Source of the DNA: Felis catus
Lineage: Eukaryota
Reading direction: 5' to 3'
DNA: 64,000 nucleotides
NCBI RefSeq assembly: GCF_018350175.1
Contig: NC_058368.1
Coordinates: 118,732,001 to 118,796,000 of the forward strand
The notes below the pieces were generated by a model, which ran no database searches, was not told the origin of the DNA, and saw nothing but the letters and a program-made list of their open reading frames with translations. The position numbers were made by a program, and so were the translations under genes. Below, one piece after another: positions 24,446 to 37,090 of this stretch; the first letter of the stretch is position 1, and every line of letters starts with the position of its first letter.

Positions 24446-26677
24446 AGGAATTTTGTGAAACTTTTAAAATTTGTTACATCTTCAGTAACCAAGGATGTTA
24501 GACCCTGTTTGAAGAATAAGACCTATAACAAGAAGGTATAGCTTTTGGTGAGTTTCAGTGAAGTCAAGTTTTCTTGAATTATTATTTCAATGGCCAGATG
24601 ATTCTTGTCCAGGGCTCTAGGTCAGGTTAGAAAATGGTAACTCTTCAGGCAGGAAAGGAAATTTGTCTCAAGGAGCTAGGTAACGTAGATGCAGTTAGAT
24701 CCCTGCATCTGGCCTGATTTCAGATTTCTTACTTATTTGAGAAGCCTAACTTAAGGAAATCAGAAAGTCATTTTTTATGTTTACCCATGAAGTCCTCCAC
24801 CGTCTCCTAAACCAACATTGTGAAATTTAAGTAGTTCAATTTTCTTGTGCTATATATAGTTCCCTAACCTGATTTTCATCTGTCATTCTCCATCTGCTCT
24901 CTCCCCCAATTTCCTTTAAAAGCCCCATTTTAAAGCAGAATATATAATGGAAAAACCTTAACTCTTGACCTTTATGGAGGTACACTAGAGTTATTCCATA
25001 ATAATTAGCAGTTGCCCTGGTAACCTCAGACACACTGCTTAAATCACCTATATTCATCACTGCCCCCTGCCTTCTAGCCAGTAGGATCACCTGCTTCAGG
25101 CTAATGAAAAAAGGAACAATTATTTTTATAATCCTTTTCAGCTTTTTTTGTAGGAGTAGGAGCAGTGATATTGTTTGTGATTACTTGCACTCAAAAGAGA
25201 TTTTGTTGTTGTTCTAGTGACTGAAAGCAGTGACATAGAGAAATCATCTTGGGTTTTGAGCAAGTTGGCAAGCTCTACTCACTACTCCCAACCTTAGAAG
25301 ACGTAAGCAGGTACAGCTTGCAGATTCGAATCTAAGAGTCGTGACACTTAGGGATGTGATGGACAATGACATTGGCAAGGCTGGCGCCATGCCACGTCAG
25401 TCATCCTTGACAAGGATGATGAAAACCCACTAACTTCAGTCCTTGGACTTGAAGAATACTGCTTGAAAGTTGGAAAACCCAAAGCTGAAGCACAAGAGAG
25501 ATTTCTTATCTAAAGCAAATGTGTTGACCTCAATTCTGTCTCTGAGGAAGCCTGTATCCTCCCTTAACTTCCATCCGCCGTGCCTTACAGCACAGACTTC
25601 ATGATAGGAGTGCCATGGAACTCTTGGCTTCCTCTGGTGGAGAAACAGCCCCCACACCCTCACACATCCTCTTTCCCATTCTCCTCTTGATCCTTTGTGT
25701 GAAAGTGGAATTAGAGGAAATATGTCCTTAGTCATCCCATGGCAGTACTTACAATGTACAATTGTCACAGTGAAAATACACTGGCAGGAGATCAAGAATC
25801 AAGAAGTGGAGTCATGGGAATCCTCGACACACTAATCCAGTAGAGACAAGATCCACATGTTAGTGATCGACATGGCCAACATAATCATCCCAGACAGTAG
25901 TTAGACCCAGTTCTGTCCCAAGGGAAGACTGCAAGTGAATAATTACTAGTGGAAGAACACCCACCAAATGCTCTTGCTCGACCCTCTAAATTTTCTTAAC
26001 TCTCATTGGAATGCAGACCTACCTTTATCTTATGTGTCCCTTTGGTATACGGCACCACCAGTTGAACATGGGCTGCTGTAGCCTTCTTGCACCCTACAGC
26101 CCTCACAGATATCAGCCAGAATCAGCCAGATCTGACAGACCCTTCCCAGTCAGTTAGCAAACATATACTAAACACCTACTGTTTAAGACACTGTTCCGGG
26201 CACTAGGAAAGAGACGAGCAAATACTCTGCCCTCAGATCTCTTACAGCCCAGATGGTAGAAATCAGCTCTACATACATAGGGCAAGTTTTGCTGCCAAAA
26301 TGAGACAGATTTTAAGTAGTGAGTGGCTTGGTCATTCACTTAAAAATATTTATGGTGGGATGAATTGCCTTTGCAGTTTATGTTGTGTGGGCAGGGTTTC
26401 CAATAATCTCTCTACTTCATTTTCTAGATCTACTTTGAAGTTTGTAATTTCCTTGTCTGCTTCAGTCCAGTTTACTGAAAGTGGGGAGGGGGGGGAGGAG
26501 TGGTAGTTTTACGAACCAGCTTTTTTATTCTGTTAGCCAAGAGACTGCCTATGGCTGAAAATGCCGATTGTCACTGTGCTGAGAAAAGAAAATACGGTGC
26601 AGCGTCCCAAATGTTTGTTTGTTGGCTTGTTTGTTTTTCACAGTAGTCTCTGTGGATCTACATTTAAGATGCCATTT

Positions 26678-26839
26678 GGGGCGCCTGGGTGGCTTAGTTG
26701 GTTAAGCATCTAACTTCAGCTAAGGTCATGATCTTGAGGTTCTTGAGTTTGAGCCCCGCGACAGGTTCTGTGGTGCTGACCACTCATTGCTTGGAGCCTG
26801 CTTTGGATTCTGTCTCCTTCTCTTTCTGCCCTTCCTCTG

Positions 26840-26896
<57 letters not shown>

Positions 26897-26934
26897 ACAA
26901 AAATAAACATTTAAAAAAATTTTTTTAGTTTAAA
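26678..26934 (+). mobile_element. CAN-SINE with long (CT)n
   Basis: ggggcgcctgggtggc head; target aagatgccat at 26666-26675 and 26935-26944. Confidence 0.94.
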
Positions 26935-26952
26935 AAGATGCCATAAGCATTT

Positions 26953-27168
26953 TTTAAATTTTTTTCATGTTTTATTTATTTTTTGAGAGCGAGAGACAGA
27001 GTGTGAGTGGAAGAAGGGCAGAGAGGGAGGGAGAGACAGAATCGCAAGCAGGCTCCAGGCTCCGAGCTGTCAGCACAGAGCCCGACGCAGGGCTTGAACC
27101 CACGGACTGTGAGATCATGACCTGAGCCGGAGTCTTGACACTCAACCGACGAGCCACCCAGGCCCCCC
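26953..27168 (-). mobile_element. CAN-SINE (SINEC_Fc-type)
   Basis: Reverse SINE ending gagccacccaggcccccc; TSD aaagatgccataa(g)cattt on both sides. Confidence 0.94.
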
Positions 27169-28603
27169 TAAAGATGCCATAACATTTAAAATTTGGACTA
27201 TAAGAATGCTGGAGAGAGAGAAAAAATATTTAAAGGAACAGAAAGTTGGAATTCTGTCATTTGGTTGTGTTGTGTTTTGAAGCCTCCCTACCCCCAACCA
27301 GAATTTCTCATTAGGACTCTTGGACTTTTTTTCCTCCCAGATATCTAGCTTACTAATACTTATGACAAAAATATAACAATTTCTTGTATAAAGCAGTATC
27401 TTGTTCAATTGAAATTTAATTCATAACTTGAAGGATTGTTTTCTCTATTTACATGGAAAAGGAGAGTTCTTGGGAATTAGTAGTTCTTTAAATTCTGAGT
27501 CAATGAAAAATAAGTGAAGAAGTTTTGCTACGTAATTGTCATGCACCAGCCAAGTAACTGTGAAGGAGTGCAGGTTCTTTTTTTCTGGTTCTTTGTCCAT
27601 AAGGAAATTCTAAATTCTCTCTTCTTCACAGACCAGTTATTAAGTTCTGCCTTTAATTTCACCGTGAGTCAATTAGGTCAGATGCCCGCAAGCAAGCACT
27701 CTGGTTCATCATTACAAAGGAAGAAACTTTCCTTGTTGTATTTTTCTTTGCACACGTGGCTGATTTTTCCAGGCTTTTCTTCTGCTTTTAGAAAGACCAC
27801 CTTCTGGCATTTATTCTTGTCAAGGTACACCTCACTAACCAGTTCCAGTGGCAAGTCAAAGGGAGACTTAGCAAAACCTAAGTTGAGTTGAGGTCTTGGA
27901 TACCGCTTGGTCTGCACTGGGCCATAGAGAGCTCTGTTAGCCATTATCTGTATACCCCTGTTGAAACTCAGCCAGTTTGGCACCTTATTCCTCGCTTGTG
28001 GTGTGCCTCATACAAGAAGGTCACCATATATCCCACCAAATTGGGCACACATTGGGAAGAATGAGTTCTCTGCGTACAAAATGTTCATTGGAAACCTAAG
28101 GTGCTCATCGAAAATATGAATATGTAATCAGTACGTTGGGCCCCCAGACCCCAGGAAAGCAATGAGATTTCAGGCAGAATCCTCTTCGTGCACTGCCACA
28201 GCCTTAAGCTTTGCTTTTACTCCAGATTCATCAAGAAATAGAAGAATTTGTAGTAAAAAGAAGAAAAAGAAGACACTTTGTCTGCTCAGACAACCTGACC
28301 TGAGTTTTGCTATCTATAATGATGTCCCCCGCATTTTTTTTTTCTGGAGAGGATATGACCCTTTAAAGACTGCTTACATGTGCATCACTGTGGGTCTGCC
28401 TTTGCTCCATGTGGTAGCTGTGAGACTGGAACATGTGCCTCTGCAAAGCTGAGGGTACAATCAGGACTCCCTGCTTTGGTTTTGTTGAGTAGGGTACACA
28501 GGTTGAGATTTTTGGAGGCTGGGTAGAAAAGAGGGAGGAGAAATGATGGAGTTGTCAGTTGGGGGAAAACTGTGGGGGAACAGAACTATGTAAAAGAAAA
28601 TCT

Positions 28604-28790
28604 GAGGCACCCACGTGCCTCCGTCGTTAAGCATCTGACTCTTGGGTTTCAGCTCAGGTCATGATCTTGCGGCTTCATGAGTTCGAGCCCCACAACGGGC
28701 TCTGCACAGCTGCTTGGGATTCTCCCTCTCTCTGCTCCTCCACTCTTGCTGCCTCAGTTGCTCTCAAATAAATAAAAAATAAATAAAATA
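28604..28790 (+). mobile_element. Diverged CAN-SINE
   Basis: gttaagcatctgactcttgggtttcagctcaggtcatgatct...gagttcgagcccc; (AAAT)n tail. Confidence 0.88.
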
Positions 28791-28864
28791 GAAGTAAATC
28801 TTATGGAGTTTCTCAGATGTGCTCAGAGATAGGAATCTTCTTCCAAGTCCTCTCGTGAGTCTTT

Positions 28865-29111
28865 TTTTTATTTTTTTATTTTTTTATTTTTTATGTTTTT
28901 TATTATATGAAATTTATTGTCAAGTTAGTTTCCATACAACACCCAGTGCTCATCCCAAAAGATGCCCTCTTCAATGCCCATCACCTGCCCTACCCTCCCT
29001 CCCACCCCCCATCAACCCTCAGTTTGTTTTCAGTTTTCTCTTACGCTTTGGCTCTCTCTCCCACTCTAACCTCTTTTTTTTCTTTTTTTTCCTTCCCCTC
29101 CCCCATGGGTT
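28865..29111 (-). mobile_element. 5'-truncated young feline L1 (L1_Fc-like) 3' end
   Basis: T-rich tail then aatttattgtcaagttagtttccatacaacacccagtgctcatccc...; perfect TSD tcgtgagtcttt at 28853-28864 and 29112-29123. Confidence 0.9.
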
Positions 29112-29149
29112 TCGTGAGTCTTTAGTAAAACGAACTTTGCGTTATTCAG

Positions 29150-29370
29150 TGTATCACAGTGTTACACAGGCCCTGGGGCAGACTTACTTGAGTTTGTATC
29201 CCAGCTTCATTGCTTACTAGCTGTGTCGTCATGAAGAAGTTGCTTGTTGCCTCATCTATTTAACAGGAATAATAATAGTATCTACCTTGTAGGGTTGTTA
29301 TGAGGATTAAATGGAGTAGTTTACGTACTTCCATGGCTTCTAGATAGTAAATACCCATTAAAAGTTATTT
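29150..29370 (+). mobile_element. MIR fossil
   Basis: gagtttgtatcccagcttcattgcttactagctgtgt...aataataatagtatctaccttgtagggttgttatgaggattaaatg. Confidence 0.75.
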
Positions 29371-32249
29371 GCCATAATTGCCATGAGAGTTGTTATTTTA
29401 ACAATACCTGAGGACATGAAATGTCTTTGGAGGGAGTACTGAGGTGCTTTCAGATGGGCGCAGGGTGGGAAGGCAGGCTGCCTTCAGGACTCCATCATAT
29501 CCAGTTCCAAAGTGACACAACCTGACTCACGTGGACCAATACCAGAGACGCGCCCAGCGGCGCGCACTGAAGTACTCTGAGGAGCCAGGAGAGCTCATGC
29601 CTTCCTCCGGTCACTTCAGAGGATCATGGGAGTATGGAGCAGAAGCACAGGCCAGAGATCTGTAGAGCCACTTGGAGGAAAGCCAGGACCAAAATGAAGC
29701 TGAGCGGCTATCTTTGCACCCCATCACCAGCCTTCAGCTGTCTGGTGGGTCAAGGTGCATCTTTGCCCCCCCCCCCCGCATGGCTCTGCGTCCATGGCGT
29801 TGGAGTACCATGACCCCTTATAGCCCGAGTACGGCTCTCCCCTGGACTTCATCTTGCACTTCTACCTAATTCTCTGCTTCCCAGTACTGTTTCCTGAGAA
29901 AGAGAGAGTCTGACTGAGTTCAGCTTTGCTCTGGATGCTGTCATTGGCTGGGGGGCACCTATGGGCCAGAGACCCTGAGGCAGGTGCTTCTTTGGTTTAA
30001 TCATCTATGGCCAGAGTGGCTGGGTTACACAACCTTTCAGCAGGAACTGAGCAGGAAGCAGCTTCTAAGGCTGCCACCTTCAAGGTATACCTTATTCTGG
30101 ACCCAGTTATAACACACGTGGCTCCTAGATTTCCCATCATCCAGTATTTTAGAATGTAACTCTTCACCTGTTCGTTTAACAAAAGTTAATTGCTAATGAA
30201 GCAAGGTACAGAGAACTTAGGGGAAAAAAGACAGAGGCTATAGTAATACAGAGGCCTGGATAAAAAGCAAGCCACGTTTCATACCCAACAGCCCCTTGAG
30301 TTGACATGTATATGACAATACAAACAGTAATTGATGTTTATAATCCTCATGTCTCAATAAAGTAAACTCCATTTGGTATAGTCCGGTTTTGAAAGGTAGG
30401 GGAAAAAATGTGCTGTATCTTAGATTTCAATGGTTATAATAAAATCATGGGTCAAAAATTATTAAATTTTTGGTAGAGTGATTAGATGGAAAACCTTGTT
30501 CACTGATGTAGATTTTGTGTCATAGTTCTGGTAATAGTGTGGGGAAATGCGGGGCACAGAGGATTAGAACTAGGTTGACCACAGTATTTTCTTAGGGGTT
30601 TTTTCTTCTTCTGGAAGAAGGGTTACTACTCTTTCTTGCCCTTCAGATTGATGAACAGCCCTGATTCCCACAAGGAGAAAGACCCGTTGCCCTGATCACA
30701 ATTATGCACAGATAGAGCAATACTAGAGAGGTGGCTTCCTGGACCCCTTTTTCCTTTCTCTGGTTCAAGGTGTTCCAGACTCCTGCAACTAAAGTATTCC
30801 TCAGTCACTCAGTGAATTACTAAGCGTCCTCAGGATGTAAGCACATCATGTTAAAGATGACGTACATTGATATAGTGCCCTTAATAATGAAAGGTAAAAG
30901 AAATAGAAAATATATTCCTAAGTTATTAATATATAACATACAAACTATAGAACAACATGGAGGAATTTAGATGCTGCAGGATAAAGCGCTGCTGAAATTC
31001 CCTAACCGCAAAGATGACTTTAAGCTTGGATGGTCGAGGGACGCTTTGTGATCAACTTGGCACTTGAACTGGGTCTTGAAAGGTGGGTTTGGTTTAGACC
31101 AAAGTTACCAGGAGTATGCTGGGCATGGGGAACAGTATGGAAAGACCCAGAGGCCGGAACTTAAAGGGCATGTGCAAGGAGCAGCCCATAATTGACTTTG
31201 TTTGAACATATGCTTTTCATCTATAATATTACAATTGTTTTGTTTCTTATGTCAGTATGATTTTTACTTCTTTGGGCACCAAAGCAGGGAAAGCCTATTA
31301 ATGTTGTCTTCCCATTCCAGGATTCCATGCTAGCTAGATCCCAGTAGAACATCTTCAATCGATTTATCTTGTGTAATTGATCTGCCTGAGACGTTCCCCA
31401 CTTTCATCACAGTTTTGCTTCACAGTAAATAGACCTCACCATCTGGAACTCTTCTCTATTTTTTTAGCATGGATTTTCTTCCACAAGGGCCTGTTTTCAT
31501 TTCTAAGTGTCACACAAGGACCTACAACATTCTGCTTCATCCTCTTTGCTTTGAGCTTTACGTTGTAAAAAGCCTGAAAAACAGGTCTGAAAATAAGCTG
31601 TATTCTTCTTGTCTGTTACAACGCAACACTAAACACATCAGACAAATTCTGACACCTTCAGCTTTCAGCAGGAGCTGTTTACCTTGGAGTCAGGCTGTAC
31701 CTCTAAGAGACTAACTCTGGGCTCAGGGAGGGCAGAACAGCTCAGAGACAGTTGTGACAGGCCAGATTCATAGTGGGCTTAATAAGGAGAGAGTATAAAT
31801 AGCGATCACATAGCTTTACAGAAAATTCCTGCTTATTTTTACTCCTTAGACAGAGTTGCTATGTTTAGCCTTTAGTTACTGTGCTAAACCTGCTACAGTG
31901 AGCCTAGTGTTTATTTTCTTTTGGATTGATAACATCCATTCTCTTTCTCAAATTTTAGGTGAATTAGAGGAACTGCATCCCAGCAATTCAGCTATAGCTA
32001 ACACATTGTCACAAAGCATCATGCACTGTTGAATTCACTGTCCTTGCCTTTTTTTTTTTTTTTTTTTTGGAGTATCTGCATTTCTCTAAATCCAGGACCT
32101 TTCTAGACACTAACAAGAGCTATAGCTATTCCCGTCCTTCTCACGTGTTTCTGGAAGCTGCGCACTAGTGTAAACTTCCCTAATAAGACTTTTTTAAATG
32201 TACAGGCAGTCGTTATATTCAAGATCCTATGTGTTAGCTTGAGCGAGTT

Positions 32250-32800
32250 ACCAGTTAGGATTCTTGGTTACAAGTAATAGAAAATTCATCCAAGCTAACT
32301 TAAGCTAACATGAGGTTTTGGTTCATATATTTTCTTGAGAAGCATGGGAACTTGTAGTTTCAGGCATGGCTGTATCCAGGGGCTCGGATGTTGCCATGAG
32401 GTCCCAACTCTTGGCATTTCTCAGCTCAGTTTACTCTCTGTTCCTTCTCTTCTATAAGCTCTTTCTTTCTGATTGCAAGATGGTTGCCACCAGGTGGACA
32501 CAGTCCCATAAACTCTAAGTACAGGAGGAAAAAAAGAATCTCTCTTCTACAAAAGTTTGAATAGTAATCTGGGCTTACCCCCTCCTGCTCCAAATTCAAT
32601 CGCCTCCCCATCCCTTAACCAGTTTCTTTGGCCAGGAGTATGTGATACTCTACTGGGCAAGGCCTGAATCGTTTGTTCCCCCTTGGCTAGGGAGGGAAGA
32701 TTGACATGCAGAGTTCTTGGACTGTGATCATTTAGAAGCAGGGGTGGGGTGAGAGTTCCCAGAGGAGAGACAGCCTCAGACCACAGATGTCCACTACAGT
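32250..32800 (-). mobile_element. Old MaLR LTR remnant (MLT1K/L-like)
   Basis: agttaggattcttggttacaagtaatagaaa...aagctaacttaagc and tttcaggcatggctgtatccaggggctc, typical of reverse MLT1J-L. Confidence 0.55.
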
Positions 32801-34144
32801 GGGCTTTTCTTACATGGACTTAGTGAAGGATATGGTAGCTTTACACCCCTGGAGGGAAATCTCTATTGATTTTTATTATTGTTTCTATGGGTATGTTCTC
32901 TGAAAATGTCCCTTGTTTGAGTCCAAATGGTTGTTGCAAAATTTATTTTTTTTCCCAGCTGACTGACTGGCTCCTTGGAGGATAACATTGTATAGGTTTT
33001 AAAAACGAAGAAAAACTTATCTAACTACTTATCTCTGGACACAGTTGATGCATTTAAAAACATAAATTTCTCAGAAAAGATTCATCATCAGGGCCCATTA
33101 CAGATCATTAGAGGACACAAAGTCCAGTGTGGTGGGGTTTGGCCTCCATTAGTTTTAATGACAGTGTTGTAAGGAGTGCATCTTAGAAAGGGATTAAGCA
33201 GAGAAAAGGGAATCTTACAGGACTGGCCCCTTGTCCTGTGACAGCCAGGAACATGCAAGAACAGTGTATCTTCTGGCTCAGCAGCCCTGGATTCTTGCTC
33301 CTCAGGCACAGGCCTCTGGGTGGTGGCATCTTCTGGGGGTCTGCCAGAAACGTCAGGGTGGCCAACAGCCAACTCATGTGCTATGTGCAAGCCTCCAACT
33401 TGTGGTGACGTTGTCCAAAACCTATAAATGTGGATAAGAACTGATTCTTCTGCCAGAATGACATTGAGCTGCTGGAAAATTACAGCTTGGTTTAATGCTC
33501 CCGTGCCTGGTTCATATTCTTGACAGCAAAATTTTGCTTTCACAGGTTGAAAATATAATCATAGGACATCAGGTCACCGTAAGATAATTGAGGATGATGG
33601 TGGTGGTGATGATAGCTAATATTCATTAAGTGCTGAAGTGCCAGGCACTTGCCTTATATTTACTTATTTAATATGATGAAACAGGAGCAGAGAGTTTACC
33701 TAACTTGCCTGAGAGTAGAGGTGGGGTTTGAACCCCGTATTCCTCTGCATCCACCCACCGTGCTCAGTTGCTGCGCTGGTGGTGGGTGGGTGATGGCCGG
33801 CTCCTCCTGTTGGGTGCGTAAGGAAAGAAACTGAAGCAGTCCCTGCACGTTCTCTAGTTCTAATCCTCCGTGCCCTAGCATCCTCGAGTTCAGATTCTGG
33901 GTGAGTTTGGGGAGCTAAGAAGAATGTGGGAGAATAGGAACAGAGAAGGAGTATCTGAATAAAGAGACAGGGCAGGCCAAAGTTGAAGAGGAAGAGGGAA
34001 GGGGGAGAGAGTTGAAGAGGGAGAGGAGAGCAGGCATTGGTTGGGATAGGCTATAGCAAAGAACAGAGAACATAGAGGATGAGGATGGGGGTCCCAAAGG
34101 AAGGAAAAAGAGTGAGATGGATGTCTAGGGACCATGTCCTCTTG

Positions 34145-34350
34145 CCAGGTGCTAGTCATGGCGTTTTGCGGACATTGTCTAATCTTGCCTACAACCCAGT
34201 GAGGTAATCAGCCATTATCAGCATCCCCACTTTAAAGATGGGTTTCAGCAGAACAACATGACTTCCTCAAGGTCAGAGTGGTGGGAGGCAGCAGGACCTG
34301 AATTTGAACTGGGGCCAGTGTAAGCCCAGCCAAGTCTGCCATTGTCTTGA
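34145..34350 (-). mobile_element. MIR fossil
   Basis: acaacccagtgaggta...attatcagcatccccactttaaagatggg...tgacttcctcaaggtca...gaatttgaactggg. Confidence 0.7.
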
Positions 34351-34708
34351 GGATGAGCCTCTTACTCCTAGCCACGGTTTGTAGCCCACACGTAAGCCCT
34401 CCATGAGGTCCTGAGATCGGGCACATACTCAGAGATGATACCGATAAAGCCCTTACCTTTGCCGGGAGGCACTTGCTGGTTTTGCCCATCACAAGGAGCA
34501 GGAAGGGAAGGGAACAGCTTTGTGGCACTCCTCCTTTCTTTCAAAGTTGCAGACTTTATAGAGCCAGCTCTTGAGACTTGATCTATGCTGACAGACATGC
34601 TCCTCTCCTTCAGCGTTTCTTAGCCCTCTAATCTCAGGGAAGCAGTGTTTCTTTATACTTGTGAGATTTCCTCATAGTTGCTCATTTCTGCCATTAAAAA
34701 CGGAACTA

Positions 34709-34928
34709 GGGGCGCCTAGGCAGCTCAGTCGGTTAAACGGCCGACTTCGGCTTCAGGTCATGATCTCATCGTTCTTGAGTTGGAGCCCCACGCCGGGCTG
34801 TGTGCTGACAGCTCAGAGCCTGCAGCCTGCTTCGGATCCTGTGTCTCCCTCTCTCTCTCTGCCCCTCCCCTGCTCATGCTCTGTGTCTCTCTCTCTCAAA
34901 AGTAAATAAACATTACAAAACAAAAAAG
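34709..34928 (+). mobile_element. CAN-SINE (SINEC_Fc-type)
   Basis: ggggcgcctaggcagctcagtcggttaa head, (CT)n, A-tail; TSD unclear. Confidence 0.92.
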
Positions 34929-35373
34929 CAATTCAAAAGCTGACCATCTGGTTGTCACTGTACTTTCCTCCGAATTGCAGAGGTGGCAGCAGGGCGTTTG
35001 CAACTCTAGCCCTTCTATCGGGCGTAGACAGTGTCCCAGTATCTGTCGATTGCACTTCTGATTTGCTGTTAGATTTGCAATTGGGGAATTGAACTTGCTC
35101 TTCGCTTTTGCCCTTTCCTTTCTTTTATTGCTTGGAATCTGGGTATAATTGTCCCCCTCAGGGCAGACTTGATTTCATTACACTTATTAAAGGATGACTC
35201 TACAGCCTGGGCCCTGTATCCGTCTCACAGTCTGTGCGGGCACGCATCACGTACACGCTTGTGTCCTGTTGCCAGCTAAAACTGGGGCAACATTTTTAAG
35301 ACTTGCAAACCTTTCCTAAGTGCAAGTATTTGTTTTTTATCTCAAGTCTTTGTGTGCTGAGAAGCGCGGTTAT

Positions 35374-35375
<2 letters not shown>

Positions 35376-35417
<42 letters not shown>
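35376..35417. repeat. (GT)21 microsatellite
   Basis: Read directly from the sequence. Confidence 0.96.
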
Positions 35418-35420
<3 letters not shown>

Positions 35421-35915
35421 TGTTTGTGTTTAGACCACATTTGGGTGACAGTACAGGCAGATATATTACATGTCCCAGGTGTCTGGTGACAACTGTTCTC
35501 CAAACATTGTTGATAAGCAAACAAAAATGTGAGATCAATTATTCTTTTCCAAAATACACGGTAGAAAAAAAATAGAGAAGAAAACATAGCATCAGCTTAA
35601 CCAAGGCTAAGAGGAAAGGAGAGAAATTAAGCATTAACCCACCCTGAGCTACCTGGCAGTCATAACAAAGAAGGGAAAGTTATGATGGTATGTGCATTTT
35701 AGTGGTCGGTTCAAGGAAAGCACTGCAAGTTTTAAATATTAATGTGTTATGTATGTCTGTGTATTAACGATCTTGAATAGCACAATAGATTACATCTTCT
35801 TTGGCAGTTGTATGCAAAAAATAATTCAGGCTTTCTATATATAGCCATTTCTCCTATTGTTTCTGATTAAATGTAGAGTATAATGCTAAGCTAAAGTATG
35901 GAAAAGTCCTTTTCC

Positions 35916-36081
35916 CAGGACACCTGGGTGGCTCAGTTGATTGAGTGTCTGACTTCAGCTCAGGTCATGATCTCGCAGTCTGTGAGTTCAAGCCCCGCAT
36001 CGGGCTCTGTGCTAAAGACTCAGAGCTTGGAGCCTGCTTCGGATTCTATGTCTCCCCCTCTCTCTCTCTGCCCCTCCCCCA

Positions 36082-36115
<34 letters not shown>

Positions 36116-36155
36116 GTCTCTCTCTCAAAAATAACAAAAAAAAAATTTTTTTAAA
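35916..36155 (+). mobile_element. CAN-SINE
   Basis: Perfect 15-bp TSD gaaaagtccttttcc at 35901-35915 and 36156-36170. Confidence 0.95.
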
Positions 36156-36929
36156 GAAAAGTCCTTTTCCGTGTGGTACAAGGTGGAGAACAACCTAGTT
36201 AAAGTATCCCGGTGGTCCTGCCTGATGAGGAGGAGGATGCGTGGGAGGTAGGTTGCCTCGTACAGGAAGTCTCTCCTCAATGGCGTCAGCCATGCTTTGA
36301 TAGGAACTGCATGACAGGTGATTCTAAATTGCGGCTTTTAAGGATATAAACACCTGAAGTGCAGATACCCATGTTGTTGGTTGAAAGAAGATACCAGAGG
36401 CATAGATTATATTCTGTCAAGGAGATTAAAGAGACGGACTGGAGTCATGGTCTCCGTTGGAGTTCATTTGGATTCAGCAGCAGTTACCAGGCGCCTACAG
36501 TTGTGTTAACACAGTGCTGGGAACTTAGTGTGCGGCTCTGATGAAGACTGTGCTCTCCAGCCCTTTCCAGGTAGCATGAGGGTGCTGCAAGGGAAGTGGC
36601 CTCTGGGGACAGTGGGATTCAGAGGGAGAACACTTAGAGTTGCCCCTTGGGCTACAGCTTGGAAAGGGAGTGAAAGTTACCCACATGAAGAGGGACTCGT
36701 AGGCAAATGGAACTGCGCAAGCACAAGGAGACAAAGAGCGTGTGCACCCAGGAAGTGATGTTCTGTGGGGCCTGCAGGAAATGTGGAGGCATAGAGAGAT
36801 AGGAATCAGGAGACTGGAGGATCAGTCATCCTGAGGCCAAAATTTACAACCGACGTATTTTTAGGTGCTGCCAAGCATTTTGTTCCTCACAAAAATGGCT
36901 TTGAATTATTTTATTAAAGATCAACTTAC

Positions 36930-37090
36930 TCTTGAGCCCTTAGTAAGTTCAGACACTTTGCTTAGCTAGTTATGTAGGCATTATTTTACTTAATCCTCAC
37001 AGTCTCATAGGCAGGTATTACTTTCCTCATTTTACAGAGAGGAATCTGAGTCATAGGAAGGTTCAGGAACTTTTCCCAAAGCCCAGCCAG
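36930..37090 (-). mobile_element. MIR fossil
   Basis: ttacttaatcctcacag...aggtattactttcctcattttacagagaggaatctgag. Confidence 0.75.

Noticed and set aside
31935..31965. AG|GTGAAT and the similar AG|GTTGAA at 33545 as recursive sites
   Set aside because: The donor halves deviate from GTAAG and are expected by chance in 50 kb.
34975..34995. CTCF-like motifs (also near 25060 and 57715)
   Set aside because: Only the 3' half matches (AGRTGGC or AGGGGGC); the 5' CC of the core is missing.
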